A stretch of 64,000 nt of DNA from Bacillota bacterium (GCA_040753155.1 JBFMEU010000004.1:1056-65055); one strand, 5' to 3'. Numbered from the stretch's first letter, positions 9,621 to 20,261 are shown. Notes: generated by a model from the letters alone, not told the origin. Numbers and translations: made by a program.

Positions 9621-10970
9621 ATGATTCATAAGTTTACTTTTGACGGCGCGAACATTGTGCTTGATGTCAATAGCGGCGCCGTACATGTGTTTGATGATTT
9701 AGCGGCGGGGCTGCTGGAGGAGCTGCCTATAACGCCGGAAGGACGGGTTGAGTTCCCGCCGGGAAAAGCAGGCCGGCCCGCTGAGGCGCAAGCTGAAATT
9801 GAGGGACTGGTAAGGGAGGGCCTGTTATTCAGCCCCGAGCCCCTGCCCCGGGGTTACCATCCGGCTGACCGGGGTATTACCAAGGCCCTTTGCCTGCATC
9901 TGGCCCATGACTGCAACTTGCGCTGCCGCTATTGCTTTGCGGGGCAGGGCCATTTCGGCGGTCCCCGCGGCCTGATGTCAGTTGAGACTGGTAAAAAGGC
10001 ACTGGATTTGCTGCTGTCAAGGTCGGGGCCAAGGCGCCGGGTTGAAGTGGACTTTTTTGGCGGGGAGCCCCTGCTTAACCTCGGGGTGCTCAAGGAATTG
10101 GTGCGGTATGGCCGGGATAAAGCAGTGGCCCTGGGTAAGGAAATCAAGTTTACGGTTACCACCAATGCGCTGCTGCTGACACCTGCCGTGGGCGATTACC
10201 TGAACCGGGAGCAGCTTAGTGCTGTGCTCAGCCTGGACGGACGGCCGGAAATCCATGACCGGATGCGCCCCTTTCCCGGTGGCGCCGGCTCATACCGGCA
10301 GGCGCTGGAAAACGCGGCTCGCTTTGTTGAGTCCAGGGCAGGCGCTGATTACTATGTTCGGGGTACTTTCACCCGTTACAACCTGGATTTTGCCGCAGAT
10401 GTGCTGCACCTGGCCGGTCTTGGGTTTAACCGGGTCTCACTGGAGCCGGTTGTAGCCGGCCCGGAAGATGATTACTCCTTTCGCGAAGAGGACTTGCCGC
10501 GGCTATTGTCAGAATATGAAGTCCTGACCAGGGAACTTTTAACCTTATACCGCCGGGGCCGCCCGCTGGACTATTTTCACTTCAACATTGACCTGGCTGG
10601 CGGACCTTGTCTGGCCAAGCGGCTATCGGGCTGCGGGGCGGGCTATGAATATCTGGCCGTAACCCCGGAGGGAAGCATTTATCCCTGCCACCAGTTTGTG
10701 GGCCGGCCGGGCTTTAGCATGGGCAATGTGCGGTCAGGGCTGCAAGAAGGGCCAATTGCGCAGCAGTTTCAGCAGGCCCATGTTTACAATAAGGACGACT
10801 GCCGGTCTTGCTGGGCAAAATTCCTGTGCAGCGGCGGCTGTCATGCCAACGCGGTTTCCTTTAATAACAGCCTGGTCCAGCCCTACCGGACTGGATGCGT
10901 AATTACCCGCAAGCGGCTGGAGTGCGCCCTGTACCTAAAGGCGGCAGTGGCCGGGATAATAACCTGGTAA
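9621..10970 (+). CDS. SCIFF radical SAM maturase (SPASM-domain thioether-forming enzyme family)
   Basis: 449 aa with the CNLRCRYC radical SAM motif, a Cys-rich C-terminal SPASM region, and adjacency to the SCIFF precursor. Confidence 0.9.
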   Translation: MIHKFTFDGANIVLDVNSGAVHVFDDLAAGLLEELPITPEGRVEFPPGKAGRPAEAQAEIEGLVREGLLFSPEPLPRGYHPADRGITKALCLHLAHDCNLRCRYCFAGQGHFGGPRGLMSVETGKKALDLLLSRSGPRRRVEVDFFGGEPLLNLGVLKELVRYGRDKAVALGKEIKFTVTTNALLLTPAVGDYLNREQLSAVLSLDGRPEIHDRMRPFPGGAGSYRQALENAARFVESRAGADYYVRGTFTRYNLDFAADVLHLAGLGFNRVSLEPVVAGPEDDYSFREEDLPRLLSEYEVLTRELLTLYRRGRPLDYFHFNIDLAGGPCLAKRLSGCGAGYEYLAVTPEGSIYPCHQFVGRPGFSMGNVRSGLQEGPIAQQFQQAHVYNKDDCRSCWAKFLCSGGCHANAVSFNNSLVQPYRTGCVITRKRLECALYLKAAVAGIITW

Positions 10971-11148
10971 ATCTAGCGGTACTGAATGTGCAAATGGGAG
11001 AAAATAGCCAAGCAAACCGGAATATAATAGATGTAGGGCGCCATTTTCAACAGCTGAGACCGGTTGGCGGCCGGGTCGAGTTTATGCTATAATTTGGTCA
11101 GGCTTCAACATGAAGCTGCCAATTTCTACTTATTGTGGCACGTTATTC

Positions 11149-11279
11149 ATCACTGAACTAATCCGCCCTAAGACCCCCGCCTCTGTAGGCGGCGGGTTTC
11201 AAAGGGCGGTTAAGTCCAGTATGGACTCGGCTAACATTCAGAGGGGGTTGAATCCCCCTCTGAATGAAGTCTCGTTCAA
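11149..11279 (+). repeat. family-A repeat, copy A2
   Basis: Full-length copy preceded by ttcat. It sits between a TATAAT-containing candidate promoter and the M23 peptidase gene. Confidence 0.9.
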
Positions 11280-11405
11280 TAGTTGGTTAATTACTTGTTC
11301 CTGTACCAAAGACAGAAGGGAGATGACAGTTTGCCTCGTACCCGGCCTGAGAGGCCTGGCCAAGTTAATTTTTTCGGGTCAAAATGCTGGTGTTTAAATG
11401 GTTCG

Positions 11406-12710
11406 ATGCGGTTATTGGTATTGGCGGGGCTGGCGTTATTATTAACGGCAACCTTGGCTTTTACAAATTATAAAGCTTGCGCGGTAATGGTGGATGGTAA
11501 AACGGTGGCTCTGGCCACCAGCAAGCGGGAAGCCGCCATGGTAATCGGGCAGCTTCAGGAACAGTATAACAACGGTACCGGACAACCCATGGAACTGAAC
11601 GCCGGCCTGTCCTTGAAAACCGTATGGGTATTAAAAAGGGATGCCCTGGCTGGTGAGCCTTTGAAGGAACTCCTTGCGGAAGCCCCCATTTTCCAGAGCA
11701 ACGGGATTGGGATAGCCGTGGACGGTAAAGTAATTGTCGCAGTGGAAGACGAGTCCACGGCCCGACAAGTTCTGGAGGCCTTGAAAGAGCGTTATAGTGT
11801 AGGCGGGGAGATGCAGGTTTCCTTTGCGGAAAAGGTGGAACTGGTGGATGTGCAGGTTCCCGGGGCAAGGCTGCTGGGTTTTGACACGGCCTTTGAGTAC
11901 ATATGTACCGGGGGAGAAGAGGTGCAATCATACGCCCTGCGGGAAGGGGACAACCTATGGGATTTGGCCCTCCGGACAGGAACTTCAATGGAGGAGCTGG
12001 AGGCGGCAAACCCGGGTGTCAGACACGATCAATTGCAAATTGGGCAAGTCATCAATTTAAGCCGGAGCACCCCGCTGATTACAGTGATTGCCAGCTGTGA
12101 AACAACTATCAAAGAGGATATACCTTTCCAGGTGCAGGAAAAGCAAGACAATAGCCTGTATGTTGGTGAGCGCAGGGTTATACAGGCAGGTCTGCCCGGT
12201 GAAAAGGAAGTGAAGTACCGGCTGGTGTACCGTAACGGCCTGGAGGCTGAGCGGGAAGTGTTGTCTGAAAAAGTTGTTAAAGAGCCGGAGCACCGTGTCG
12301 TGGCCAGGGGGGCCAGGATGCTGGTGGCATCCCGCTCCAGTGGCTCAAGTCTGTTGGCCTGGCCTGCCGGCGGCGGCATAAGCTCACCCTATGGTATGCG
12401 CAGTGGGCGGATGCACACCGGCGTGGATATTGCGGCCAACCATGGCGCGCCTGTAGTTGCCGCCGAGGCGGGCAGGGTTATGTCCGCCGCCTACCAGGGT
12501 GGCTATGGGCTGATGGTCCAGATAGATCACGGAGGCGGGGTTGTTACCCGCTATGCCCACCTGTCCAGTGCCGCTGTAAAGTCAGGTCAGCAGGTGAAGA
12601 GAGGCCAATTTATTGGTCGTGTCGGCAGTACTGGTAATTCCACAGGCCCCCACCTGCATTTTGAACTATTGATGAATGGTCAGCACAGAAACCCGATCAA
12701 TTACATGTAG
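11406..12710 (+). CDS. LysM + G5 + M23 family peptidoglycan metalloendopeptidase
   Basis: It has a signal/TM segment MRLLVLAGLALLL, a LysM segment (YALREGDNLWDLAL...), a G5-like segment, and M23 motifs HTGVDIA and GSTGNSTGPHLHFE. The track start at 11283 runs out of repeat A2, so I prefer the ATG at 11406. Confidence 0.8.
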   Translation: MRLLVLAGLALLLTATLAFTNYKACAVMVDGKTVALATSKREAAMVIGQLQEQYNNGTGQPMELNAGLSLKTVWVLKRDALAGEPLKELLAEAPIFQSNGIGIAVDGKVIVAVEDESTARQVLEALKERYSVGGEMQVSFAEKVELVDVQVPGARLLGFDTAFEYICTGGEEVQSYALREGDNLWDLALRTGTSMEELEAANPGVRHDQLQIGQVINLSRSTPLITVIASCETTIKEDIPFQVQEKQDNSLYVGERRVIQAGLPGEKEVKYRLVYRNGLEAEREVLSEKVVKEPEHRVVARGARMLVASRSSGSSLLAWPAGGGISSPYGMRSGRMHTGVDIAANHGAPVVAAEAGRVMSAAYQGGYGLMVQIDHGGGVVTRYAHLSSAAVKSGQQVKRGQFIGRVGSTGNSTGPHLHFELLMNGQHRNPINYM

Positions 12711-12869
12711 TTGGCTTGGCAAAAATGGCGTATACTATCCCGCATCCAGCAGGAATAAGCTGGTGCGGGATAATATTTTTCCAGCAGAATTTGCTTTAAA
12801 TGAGCCTGGAAATGTTATAATATTGGAGACAGATTGGCTATCACGCGCACTTGCTTCTGAAAGAGAGGG

Positions 12870-13475
12870 ATGTCAATGTCTGAAAAAAAATCCTTTGTCT
12901 CCCGCGCCAGGTATAAAAAACCCCAGCGCATAGCTTTTATAGTAATCATCGCGCTCATTTCCGTAGGCCTGGTGTTGCCTTCCATGATGTGGGCCTTTAC
13001 CAGTTGGTGGGCCCCTGATGATGATGGACAGGCTATAAATGAGTACCTGCCCCCGGTTGAGCGGATCGCCAAACTTGAGGAGCAGGTAAAGGAGAACCCC
13101 GGGGATGCCCGGGCCTGGGCCGGCCTGGCCGAAGCATACTATAACAATCACCAGCTTGCTGAGTCGATTGACAAATATAAAAAGGCCCTGGAGCTGGAGC
13201 CCGGTAATAGCGTCTGGAGAACGGAACTGGCCCGGATCTGTTTTATTAACAGTAATTATGATGAGGCTATTGCTCAAATCGAAGAGGAATTATCAAAACA
13301 TCCTCAGAATCACTTGGCCTATTACTACTATGGGCAATTCTTGGCTTACGGCAAGGCTGACTATGCAGGCGCCATTACCCAAATGGAGAAATATATTGAA
13401 CTTGCCGGCTCCGGCGGGGAAGTGCCCAAGGCACGGCAGATGATTGAGGAATGGGCAAAGCATACTGAAAAATAA
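12870..13475 (+). CDS. membrane-anchored TPR repeat protein
   Basis: 201 aa with an N-terminal TM helix followed by TPR-like repeats (AWAGLAEAYYNNHQLAESIDKYKKALELEP...). Confidence 0.6.
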   Translation: MSMSEKKSFVSRARYKKPQRIAFIVIIALISVGLVLPSMMWAFTSWWAPDDDGQAINEYLPPVERIAKLEEQVKENPGDARAWAGLAEAYYNNHQLAESIDKYKKALELEPGNSVWRTELARICFINSNYDEAIAQIEEELSKHPQNHLAYYYYGQFLAYGKADYAGAITQMEKYIELAGSGGEVPKARQMIEEWAKHTEK

Positions 13476-13657
13476 GGTAAGTATTCAGTAAACCCGGTAG
13501 AAGCACGACGTTATCGTTAGCGAACGACGCAGCAGAGCCGGTAACGTACCCGGCGCATATATGCAAAATAAGTTCACCTGCCCGCACAGGTGTAATTAAT
13601 TACCGGTATTAACACCCGCCAATTTTTTTTATAATTGATTTGTTAACCGAATAAACC

Positions 13658-14587
13658 ATGAGCAGCAGGTTGGCGGAGGTGCAAATGACTGGCGGTATTA
13701 TTAATGAATCACGCCATAACAGGCGTTTGTGGGCCGGTTCGAAGCTTAAGCTGATTATTGGCCTGGCGGCGGCGGTAACCATGCTTGCCGCCCTGATATT
13801 TTCAAGGGCGCCGGGCGGCATTAAAGGACATGCCTACGACATATATCGCGAAGCGGCCAAAATTAATATAATGGTTCGCACTTGGGGCTGGGAAACCCTT
13901 GAGAGTGAGCATTTTTTAGTCCGCCACAAACCCGGGGGCAAGGAAGGCGCTCTTCTGGTACTGGCTGCCGCGGAAAAATTTTATTTTCCGGTGGCAGATG
14001 AGTTTGGTTATAGCGGTAGGGGCAAAATACCAATCATTGTTTATCCATCCAGAGAAGAATTAAACGCCAGTTTTGGCTGGCCTGCCAGTGAGAGTGCCAT
14101 GGGCGTTTACTGGGGAGGTGTTATCCGGGTATTGTCCCCGGAGGTCTGGATTCCGGAGTCGGAGAATACAGCGGCGGTATTTATGGATTCCGGTCCGATG
14201 GCTCACGAGTTGACGCACTTGGTTGTTGATTATATAACTAAGGGCAACTATACCCGCTGGTTCACCGAAGGAGTTGCCCAGTACCACGAATATAAACTTA
14301 CCGGATTCCTGTTTGCTGAGCCGGGAGGGGGTCTGGGGCAGGAGCTTTACCGGTTGCGGGAGATGAATCGCGGTTTTGATGCCCTGCCGAATCAAGCCCT
14401 GGCCTACCGCCAGTCATTATCCGCAGTTGAGTATATTGTTGAATTCTATGGGGAGGACAGTATGCATAGGATAATTAGAGAGCTGGGATTGGGGCGTGAC
14501 CTGAACCAGGCATTCAGACAAGTATTAGGAATAGACCTGGCAGAATTCGAAAGGGAATGGCATCTTTGGTTAAGGGAAATTAATTAG
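13658..14587 (+). CDS. MA-clan (HExxH) metallopeptidase-like protein
   Basis: 309 aa with an N-terminal TM segment and an HELTH zinc-binding motif. Confidence 0.5.
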   Translation: MSSRLAEVQMTGGIINESRHNRRLWAGSKLKLIIGLAAAVTMLAALIFSRAPGGIKGHAYDIYREAAKINIMVRTWGWETLESEHFLVRHKPGGKEGALLVLAAAEKFYFPVADEFGYSGRGKIPIIVYPSREELNASFGWPASESAMGVYWGGVIRVLSPEVWIPESENTAAVFMDSGPMAHELTHLVVDYITKGNYTRWFTEGVAQYHEYKLTGFLFAEPGGGLGQELYRLREMNRGFDALPNQALAYRQSLSAVEYIVEFYGEDSMHRIIRELGLGRDLNQAFRQVLGIDLAEFEREWHLWLREIN

Positions 14588-14697
14588 TGTTCTTGTCAAA
14601 AAATGTTGCCTGCGGGAAGGAAATATTGGTTAATGTGCTGAATGTTAGCTTAAATAGTATAAACCAGGTGTCTGTCAGGGAGGATAAATGTAAAGTT

Positions 14698-15945
14698 ATG
14701 GACAAAATATATATCGCCGGGGGCAAGCGGCTTCAGGGTCGCTTACGTATCAGCGGTTCAAAGAACGCCTCCCTGGCCATTCTTAGTGCCAGTATTATGG
14801 CCAGTGATGTTGTGGTGTTGGAAAACATACCTGATATCAGTGATATCAGGGTTTTAATTGAAATCCTTCAGCATCTCGGGGCGGATGTTGATTGGCTTGA
14901 ACCAGGCATCTTGCAAGTATTGGCTCCGGAGCAGGTTATAGAGCAGGCGCCCTACCACCTGGTTAAAAAATTGCGGGCTTCCAACCTCCTGCTGGGACCA
15001 ATGGTTGCCCGCTATGGATTGGCCTCAATAGCATTGCCCGGGGGTTGCAACATCGGGGTTCGTCCCATGGATCTCCACTTCAAGGGCCTGATTAGCATGG
15101 GCGCCGGGATGGAGTTGGAGCGGGGCTTTATCAAAGCCAACTCCAGGCGTTTAAAGGGTGCCAGAGTATACCTTGATTTCCCGAGCGTTGGCGCTACGGA
15201 AAACATTATGATGGCGGCATGTCTGGCAGAGGGACAAACGATTATCGAAAACGTGGCCAAAGAACCTGAGATAGTTGATTTGGCCAACTTTCTCAATTGT
15301 ATCGGGGCCCGGGTAAGGGGGGCCGGAACCGACATTATAAAGGTGGATGGTGTTCCGGAGCTGAGTGGTTGCCGGTATGCGGTTATTCCAGACCGTATTG
15401 AAGCCGGTACGTACATGGTAGCTGCCGCCGCTACAGGCGGAGATGTTATTTTTGAGAATCTCATTCCTCTTCACATGGAGCCCCTTAGCGCCAAGTTGCG
15501 TGAAGCTGGTGTTTCCGTAACGGAGGGTGAAGGTATTTTGCACGTTAAGGTAACCGGGCCTCTTCAGCCTATTGATATCAGGACCCTGCCCTACCCTGGT
15601 TTTCCAACAGACATGCAGTCACAGGTAATGGCGATGTTATCAACAGTGCCTGGCACCAGTCTGGTGGTGGAAAATATTTTTGAAAATCGCTTCAGGGTAG
15701 CTGATGAGCTAAAGCGCATGGGCGCCCAAATCAAGGTAGAGGGCCGGATGGCTGTGATCGAGGGAGTAGAGGCCCTGCACGGCACCCAGGTTAAGGCTTC
15801 GGATTTGCGGGCCGGTGCGGCCCTGGTGGTGGCGGGCTTGATGGCTGACGGCAAAACGGAGATTGCTGACGCGGTGTATGTGGACAGGGGTTATCATGAC
15901 CTGGAGGGTAAACTGCGCAGCATTGGAGCTGAGATATGGAGATAA
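14698..15945 (+). CDS. murA: UDP-N-acetylglucosamine 1-carboxyvinyltransferase
   Basis: MDKIYIAGGKRLQGRLRISGSKNA... is a canonical MurA N-terminus with a GGGAGG RBS. The track start at 14587 is an upstream extension. Confidence 0.9.
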   Translation: MDKIYIAGGKRLQGRLRISGSKNASLAILSASIMASDVVVLENIPDISDIRVLIEILQHLGADVDWLEPGILQVLAPEQVIEQAPYHLVKKLRASNLLLGPMVARYGLASIALPGGCNIGVRPMDLHFKGLISMGAGMELERGFIKANSRRLKGARVYLDFPSVGATENIMMAACLAEGQTIIENVAKEPEIVDLANFLNCIGARVRGAGTDIIKVDGVPELSGCRYAVIPDRIEAGTYMVAAAATGGDVIFENLIPLHMEPLSAKLREAGVSVTEGEGILHVKVTGPLQPIDIRTLPYPGFPTDMQSQVMAMLSTVPGTSLVVENIFENRFRVADELKRMGAQIKVEGRMAVIEGVEALHGTQVKASDLRAGAALVVAGLMADGKTEIADAVYVDRGYHDLEGKLRSIGAEIWR

Positions 15946-15952
15946 GGAGTCA

Positions 15953-15979
15953 ACGGCCCGGAGGGGCCGTTTTATTTTC
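15953..15979 (+). terminator. rho-independent terminator after murA
   Basis: acggccc-ggag-gggccgt followed by tttattttc. Confidence 0.7.
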
Positions 15980-15998
15980 GTTAAGGTGTTCTATTTTT

Positions 15999-16061
15999 AT
16001 CACTGGACTCGGCTAACATTCAGAGGGGGTTGAATCCCCCTCTGAATGAAGTCTCGTTCAA
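15999..16061 (+). repeat. family-A repeat, copy A3 (63 bp internal-deletion form keeping both termini)
   Basis: atcact is joined directly to ggactcggctaacattcagaggggg...cgttcaa. It is preceded by tttat. Confidence 0.85.
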
Positions 16062-16267
16062 GCTTTAGGCCAGCTTACTTTTACAGTTAACTTGCATTCC
16101 TCTTCATCTTCGTCAAATTTAATTTTATATTCCAGTTCAACGTCATCAGGCACATGGATTTCCTGACTCTCAATGTTCAGGCTGCCACCTCTTAAACCTC
16201 CCGCTACTTCCATGATAAATTTAATAAAGTCCTGCTTGCCGCCCGTAAATTTTTCTGAGAAATCCAT
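16058..16267 (-). CDS. amphi-Trp domain protein (small acidic protein)
   Basis: 69 aa ending ...KLTVKVSWPKA, with the pattern expected of the amphi-Trp family. Its stop codon is formed by the last bases of repeat A3. Confidence 0.55.
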   Translation of the reverse strand: MDFSEKFTGGKQDFIKFIMEVAGGLRGGSLNIESQEIHVPDDVELEYKIKFDEDEEECKLTVKVSWPKA

Positions 16268-16328
16268 AAAATCAGGCCTCCATATTGTTTTTTATATGAT
16301 ATGTGCGTTGATTTAAGAATGTGCCAAG

Positions 16329-16528
<200 letters not shown>

Positions 16529-16627
16529 GTGCCAATGGGACAAGTATTTGGTGAACAGTTGGCTTAACACCATAGTACTGGTTGCTTCATAGTATAAAGG
16601 AATTAGACTTCGACGGGAGGTTTTAGA

Positions 16628-17632
16628 ATGCAGGAAAATACGGACCGGCTGGCCCGGGAGGTGCTGCGCCGTTACCGTATCGAACCGGATTGGATACGAC
16701 TGGTTCAGGGCGGCGGTATTAAAACCGTCTGGCAAGTTGCCGCCGGAAGCCGGTCTCTTTGTCTTAAGCGGCTCCGTCATACCCGGGACAGGGCTCTTTT
16801 TTCAGTGGGAGCCCAGGCGTATATGGCCGGTAAAGGGGCGGCGGTGAGTCCGGTACTGCTTCTCCCGGGTGGTGATTTGATGGTTGAACACGAGGGGTAT
16901 AATTATGTCCTCTACCAGTGGTTCAAAGGCCGCGGCCTGAATTTGTCCCGCAAAGAGGATTTGGCCCGGGGCGTAAGGGGTTTGGCGGCCTTTCACCGGG
17001 ATTCCGCCGGTTACAACCCTCCCCCCGGCGCCCGGGTTTCATCAAAACTAGGCAGGTTGGGGAACTACTACGCCTCGGTAACCAAACGTTTGCTGCAGTG
17101 GCAGGAGCAGGCGCTGGAGCTGGGACAAAACAGTTTAGCCCGGGCCTACCTGGGAGAAGTTGAGGCAGCCCTGGAAATGGCCGGCCGGGCTATGACGTTG
17201 TTGGATCAGTCAATTTACAGTTCCTGGAGCGACCAGTTTGCCGGCGACGCGGGTCTTTGTCATCAAGATTTTGGGGATGGCAATGCGCTCCTTGTTGATA
17301 ACAAGCTGCACATCCTGGACCTGGACGGGGTAACCTTTGATTTGCCTGTCCGGGATTTGCGCAAGCTGCTCTTAAAGCAGATGTCCTCCAGGGGTAAATG
17401 GGACGAAGCATTGCTGCAGGATACTTTAAGTTGGTATAGTGAGATTTATCCTCTTAATCCCTCACAAATTCAGGTTTTGTTGATAGATTTGTTCTTTCCT
17501 CACGAGCTGCACGACAGTGCCAAGAACTATTTTAAAAAGGGCAAAAGTATAAAAGCCGCTGAAATACACCGGGCCGGAGGGGCTCTGCGCCGCAAGAAGG
17601 AATTCCTGGGCAATTATTTATCACTGAACTAA
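16628..17632 (+). CDS. CotS-family spore coat protein kinase-like protein
   Basis: 334 aa with an HQDFGDGN catalytic-loop motif and an aminoglycoside-phosphotransferase-like fold. The last codons SLN-stop lie inside repeat A4. Confidence 0.75.
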   Translation: MQENTDRLAREVLRRYRIEPDWIRLVQGGGIKTVWQVAAGSRSLCLKRLRHTRDRALFSVGAQAYMAGKGAAVSPVLLLPGGDLMVEHEGYNYVLYQWFKGRGLNLSRKEDLARGVRGLAAFHRDSAGYNPPPGARVSSKLGRLGNYYASVTKRLLQWQEQALELGQNSLARAYLGEVEAALEMAGRAMTLLDQSIYSSWSDQFAGDAGLCHQDFGDGNALLVDNKLHILDLDGVTFDLPVRDLRKLLLKQMSSRGKWDEALLQDTLSWYSEIYPLNPSQIQVLLIDLFFPHELHDSAKNYFKKGKSIKAAEIHRAGGALRRKKEFLGNYLSLN

Positions 17633-17750
17633 TCCGCCCTAAGACCCCCGCCTCTGTAGGCGGCGGGTTTCAAAGGGCGGTTAAGTCCAGTATGGACTCG
17701 GCTAACATTCAGAGGGGGTTGAATCCCCCTCTGAATGAAGTCTCGTTCAA
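17620..17750 (+). repeat. family-A repeat, copy A4
   Basis: Full-length copy preceded by tttat. It bridges two cotS-like genes. Confidence 0.9.
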
Positions 17751-17772
17751 CCTAGCCGAAGGGGAGAAAAGA

Positions 17773-18828
17773 ATGTTTGCTGAACCAGGTCACCAGGCTA
17801 CAATGGCGCAGCTGGTGGGGCCGGAAGAAATTTTGACGCAATATCACCTTGACGTAGCCGGCATCAGCCTGATCCGCGACAAAGGCAAGAAAAGGGTTTG
17901 GCGGATAACCACACCAGCCGGGGATATGGTTTTGAAAAAAATGCCCGGGACAGCGGGCCGCTCCCGATTTATCGCCCGGAGCATCCGCTATCTTGAGCAA
18001 GCCGGAGCAGGTGTGCCGAACCTGATATCCACCCGGAGCGGTGATGACGTAGCCGTTCTGGGCCAGGAGAATTATCTTCTGATGGAGTGGCTGTCCGGGA
18101 ACCAGCCGGATTACCGGGCCCACTTTGGTTTAATTATGCAAGGTCTGGCCCAATACCACAAGGCTTCAGCAGGCTTTAAACCCTTTGCGGAGGGCGGAGC
18201 CAGGCAACACCTCAACAATTGGCCGGACGGATACGCGGCTAAAATGAATGAACTGATTCTTTTTAGGGAGCAGGCGGCCAGGGACAGGGGAGGCCGGTTC
18301 GAACAATTGTTTCTAGGCCAGGTGGATTACTTTTTAGCCCGCATAAAAACTGTACAAAGATTATTAAGCCAATCTTGCTACGCAGAATGGAACAGGGATT
18401 TTAGATCCCGGGGCGGGCTTTGTCATCAGGATTTCACTCCCAAGAACCTGCGGTTGCAAGGGGACGGCAGGTTGCGCATTCTTGATCCGGATTCAGTCAC
18501 CATCGATATCCCGGCCCGGGACCTGCGCAAAATATTTAACAAAGTAATTAAAAAGTACAGGCCCGGGGATCCCTTAATGCTGCAGCGGATGGAAAGTTCT
18601 TATCAGGAGTATAACCCGCTTACCCGGGAGCAATGGGAGGTAGTTTTTACCGACCTTTATTTCCCGCACCTCTTTTGCGGGGCGGCGAACAAATATTTTA
18701 CGAACCGGGCTCCGGATTGGCCCAAGGATAAACATGTGTCCAAACTGGCGGGAATTATTGAAACAGAACGCCATAAGGCGGAGATTCTGGCTGACCGGCT
18801 TAACATCAGGGAAGGTGATCTTTTTTGA
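17773..18828 (+). CDS. CotS-family spore coat protein kinase-like protein (second paralog)
   Basis: HQDFTPKN motif. The ATG at 17773 has a GAAGGGGAG RBS. The track start at 17692 lies inside repeat A4. Confidence 0.75.
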   Translation: MFAEPGHQATMAQLVGPEEILTQYHLDVAGISLIRDKGKKRVWRITTPAGDMVLKKMPGTAGRSRFIARSIRYLEQAGAGVPNLISTRSGDDVAVLGQENYLLMEWLSGNQPDYRAHFGLIMQGLAQYHKASAGFKPFAEGGARQHLNNWPDGYAAKMNELILFREQAARDRGGRFEQLFLGQVDYFLARIKTVQRLLSQSCYAEWNRDFRSRGGLCHQDFTPKNLRLQGDGRLRILDPDSVTIDIPARDLRKIFNKVIKKYRPGDPLMLQRMESSYQEYNPLTREQWEVVFTDLYFPHLFCGAANKYFTNRAPDWPKDKHVSKLAGIIETERHKAEILADRLNIREGDLF

Positions 18829-19961
18829 GGGTAGCGCTTATCTGCAGCGAAAAACTGCCGGTGCCCCCGGTGCGGGGGGGTGCGATTCAGCAGTATATCG
18901 AAGGCATATTGCCCTATCTTGCCCAAGAGCATGAAATCACAGTATTGGGAATCGCTGACCGTGACCTGCCGGAACAGGAGAAGCAGGGGCGTATTACTTA
19001 TTTAAGGTTCCGGACCGGGTCCCGGACAGATTACATAAAGTCTGTGGCCGGCGCCCTGGCCAATGGACAGCATGATGTAATCCACACCTTTAACCGGCCC
19101 CGGGCGTTAATCGAGTATTGCCGGGCCGCTCCCGAAGCCCGTCATATCTTAAGTGTCCATAATGATATGTTCGCGCCCGATAAAATAGGGCCGGAAGAGG
19201 CTGGTTTTTGTCTGGAACATACCGAAGTGGTGGTAACTGTCAGTGATTATATCCGCAAAAACATTGAAAATCTTTACCCCCGGGCTCGAGGCAAAGCGGT
19301 TACCGTTTATTCAGGTGTGGATCCTGAACGATTTCGGCCCGGGTGGACTCCGGAGGGGCTTAAGCTGACATCTTCGGTCAGGGAGCGTTATGGAATTGGC
19401 TATGCCAGAGTAATCTTACTGGTTACCCGGTTTTCTGAAAAGAAGGGCGCCCATGTGGTCATCAAAGCCATGGAGCAGGTGCTTCGGGAAGACCCCGGGG
19501 TAGTGCTGCTGGTGGTGGGCAGCCGATGGTACGGCAGCAATAAGGTTAATGATTACGTGGCCCAACTCTATAATCAGGCCCAGGTCCTGGGCAATCAGGT
19601 TATCTTTACAGGTTTTGTACCCCCGGTCCGGATGCCCGAATACTTTGCCTCCGGGGATATTTTTGTCTGCGCCTCCCAGTGGCAGGAGCCTCTGGCCCGG
19701 GTTCATTATGAAGCGATGGCGGCGGGACTGCCCATTATCACCACCAACCGGGGGGGCAATCCCGAGGTGGTGGCCGGTAAGGGTAACGGGATTATCCTGT
19801 GCGGGTATGATCAGCCGGAGGATTTTGCCTGGGCCATTAAACATCTCCTGGCCAACCCGGCAATTGCCCGGGAGATGGGCAAGAAAGGCCGGCAGTTGGC
19901 CGAGACTGTATATAGTTGGGCTAGAGTGGCCCGGGATATATTGAAGTTATATGCTAAGTAA
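18825..19961 (+). CDS. family 4 glycosyltransferase, CotSA-like
   Basis: 378 aa with the GT4 C-terminal EPLARVHYEAMAAGLPIITT motif. Its start overlaps the cotS-like stop. Confidence 0.8.
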   Translation: MRVALICSEKLPVPPVRGGAIQQYIEGILPYLAQEHEITVLGIADRDLPEQEKQGRITYLRFRTGSRTDYIKSVAGALANGQHDVIHTFNRPRALIEYCRAAPEARHILSVHNDMFAPDKIGPEEAGFCLEHTEVVVTVSDYIRKNIENLYPRARGKAVTVYSGVDPERFRPGWTPEGLKLTSSVRERYGIGYARVILLVTRFSEKKGAHVVIKAMEQVLREDPGVVLLVVGSRWYGSNKVNDYVAQLYNQAQVLGNQVIFTGFVPPVRMPEYFASGDIFVCASQWQEPLARVHYEAMAAGLPIITTNRGGNPEVVAGKGNGIILCGYDQPEDFAWAIKHLLANPAIAREMGKKGRQLAETVYSWARVARDILKLYAK

Positions 19962-20045
19962 ATAAGCAAAAAGGGTGAACGCGTATCCTGGGTTTTCTGC
20001 GTACCGTATGGTATAATAATGCAAATTGTCTTCGGGGTGTATTTT

Positions 20046-20153
20046 ATGCTGGACAATAAAATCAGGTCGGCCTTAAGGGAAATATTCGGCGCCTGCAAAG
20101 ATGTTTTAGCAGTATACCTATTTGGCTCTTATTTAAAGGAAATATCCTGGTAA
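20046..20153 (+). pseudogene. nucleotidyltransferase (MNT-type) N-terminal fragment
   Basis: A 35-codon ORF, MLDNKIRSALREIFGACKDVLAVYLFGSYLKEISW. It has the AVYLFGS motif but stops before the catalytic region. Confidence 0.45.
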
Positions 20154-20261
20154 CAGCATATTTTTAGCTTTTTTGGGACAAGTATGAAAGTATAATGTAG
20201 TTGCAATAAATCACCGGGTCCCGGCAGGGCTGGAGAAGAAGTAAGGAGCTAAAGAGAGATT

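Noticed and set aside
20100-20261. A possible T-box or other leader upstream of glnS.
   Set aside because: There is no GGGTGGTACCGCG-like T-box sequence or terminator/antiterminator pair. The region instead holds a nucleotidyltransferase gene fragment.
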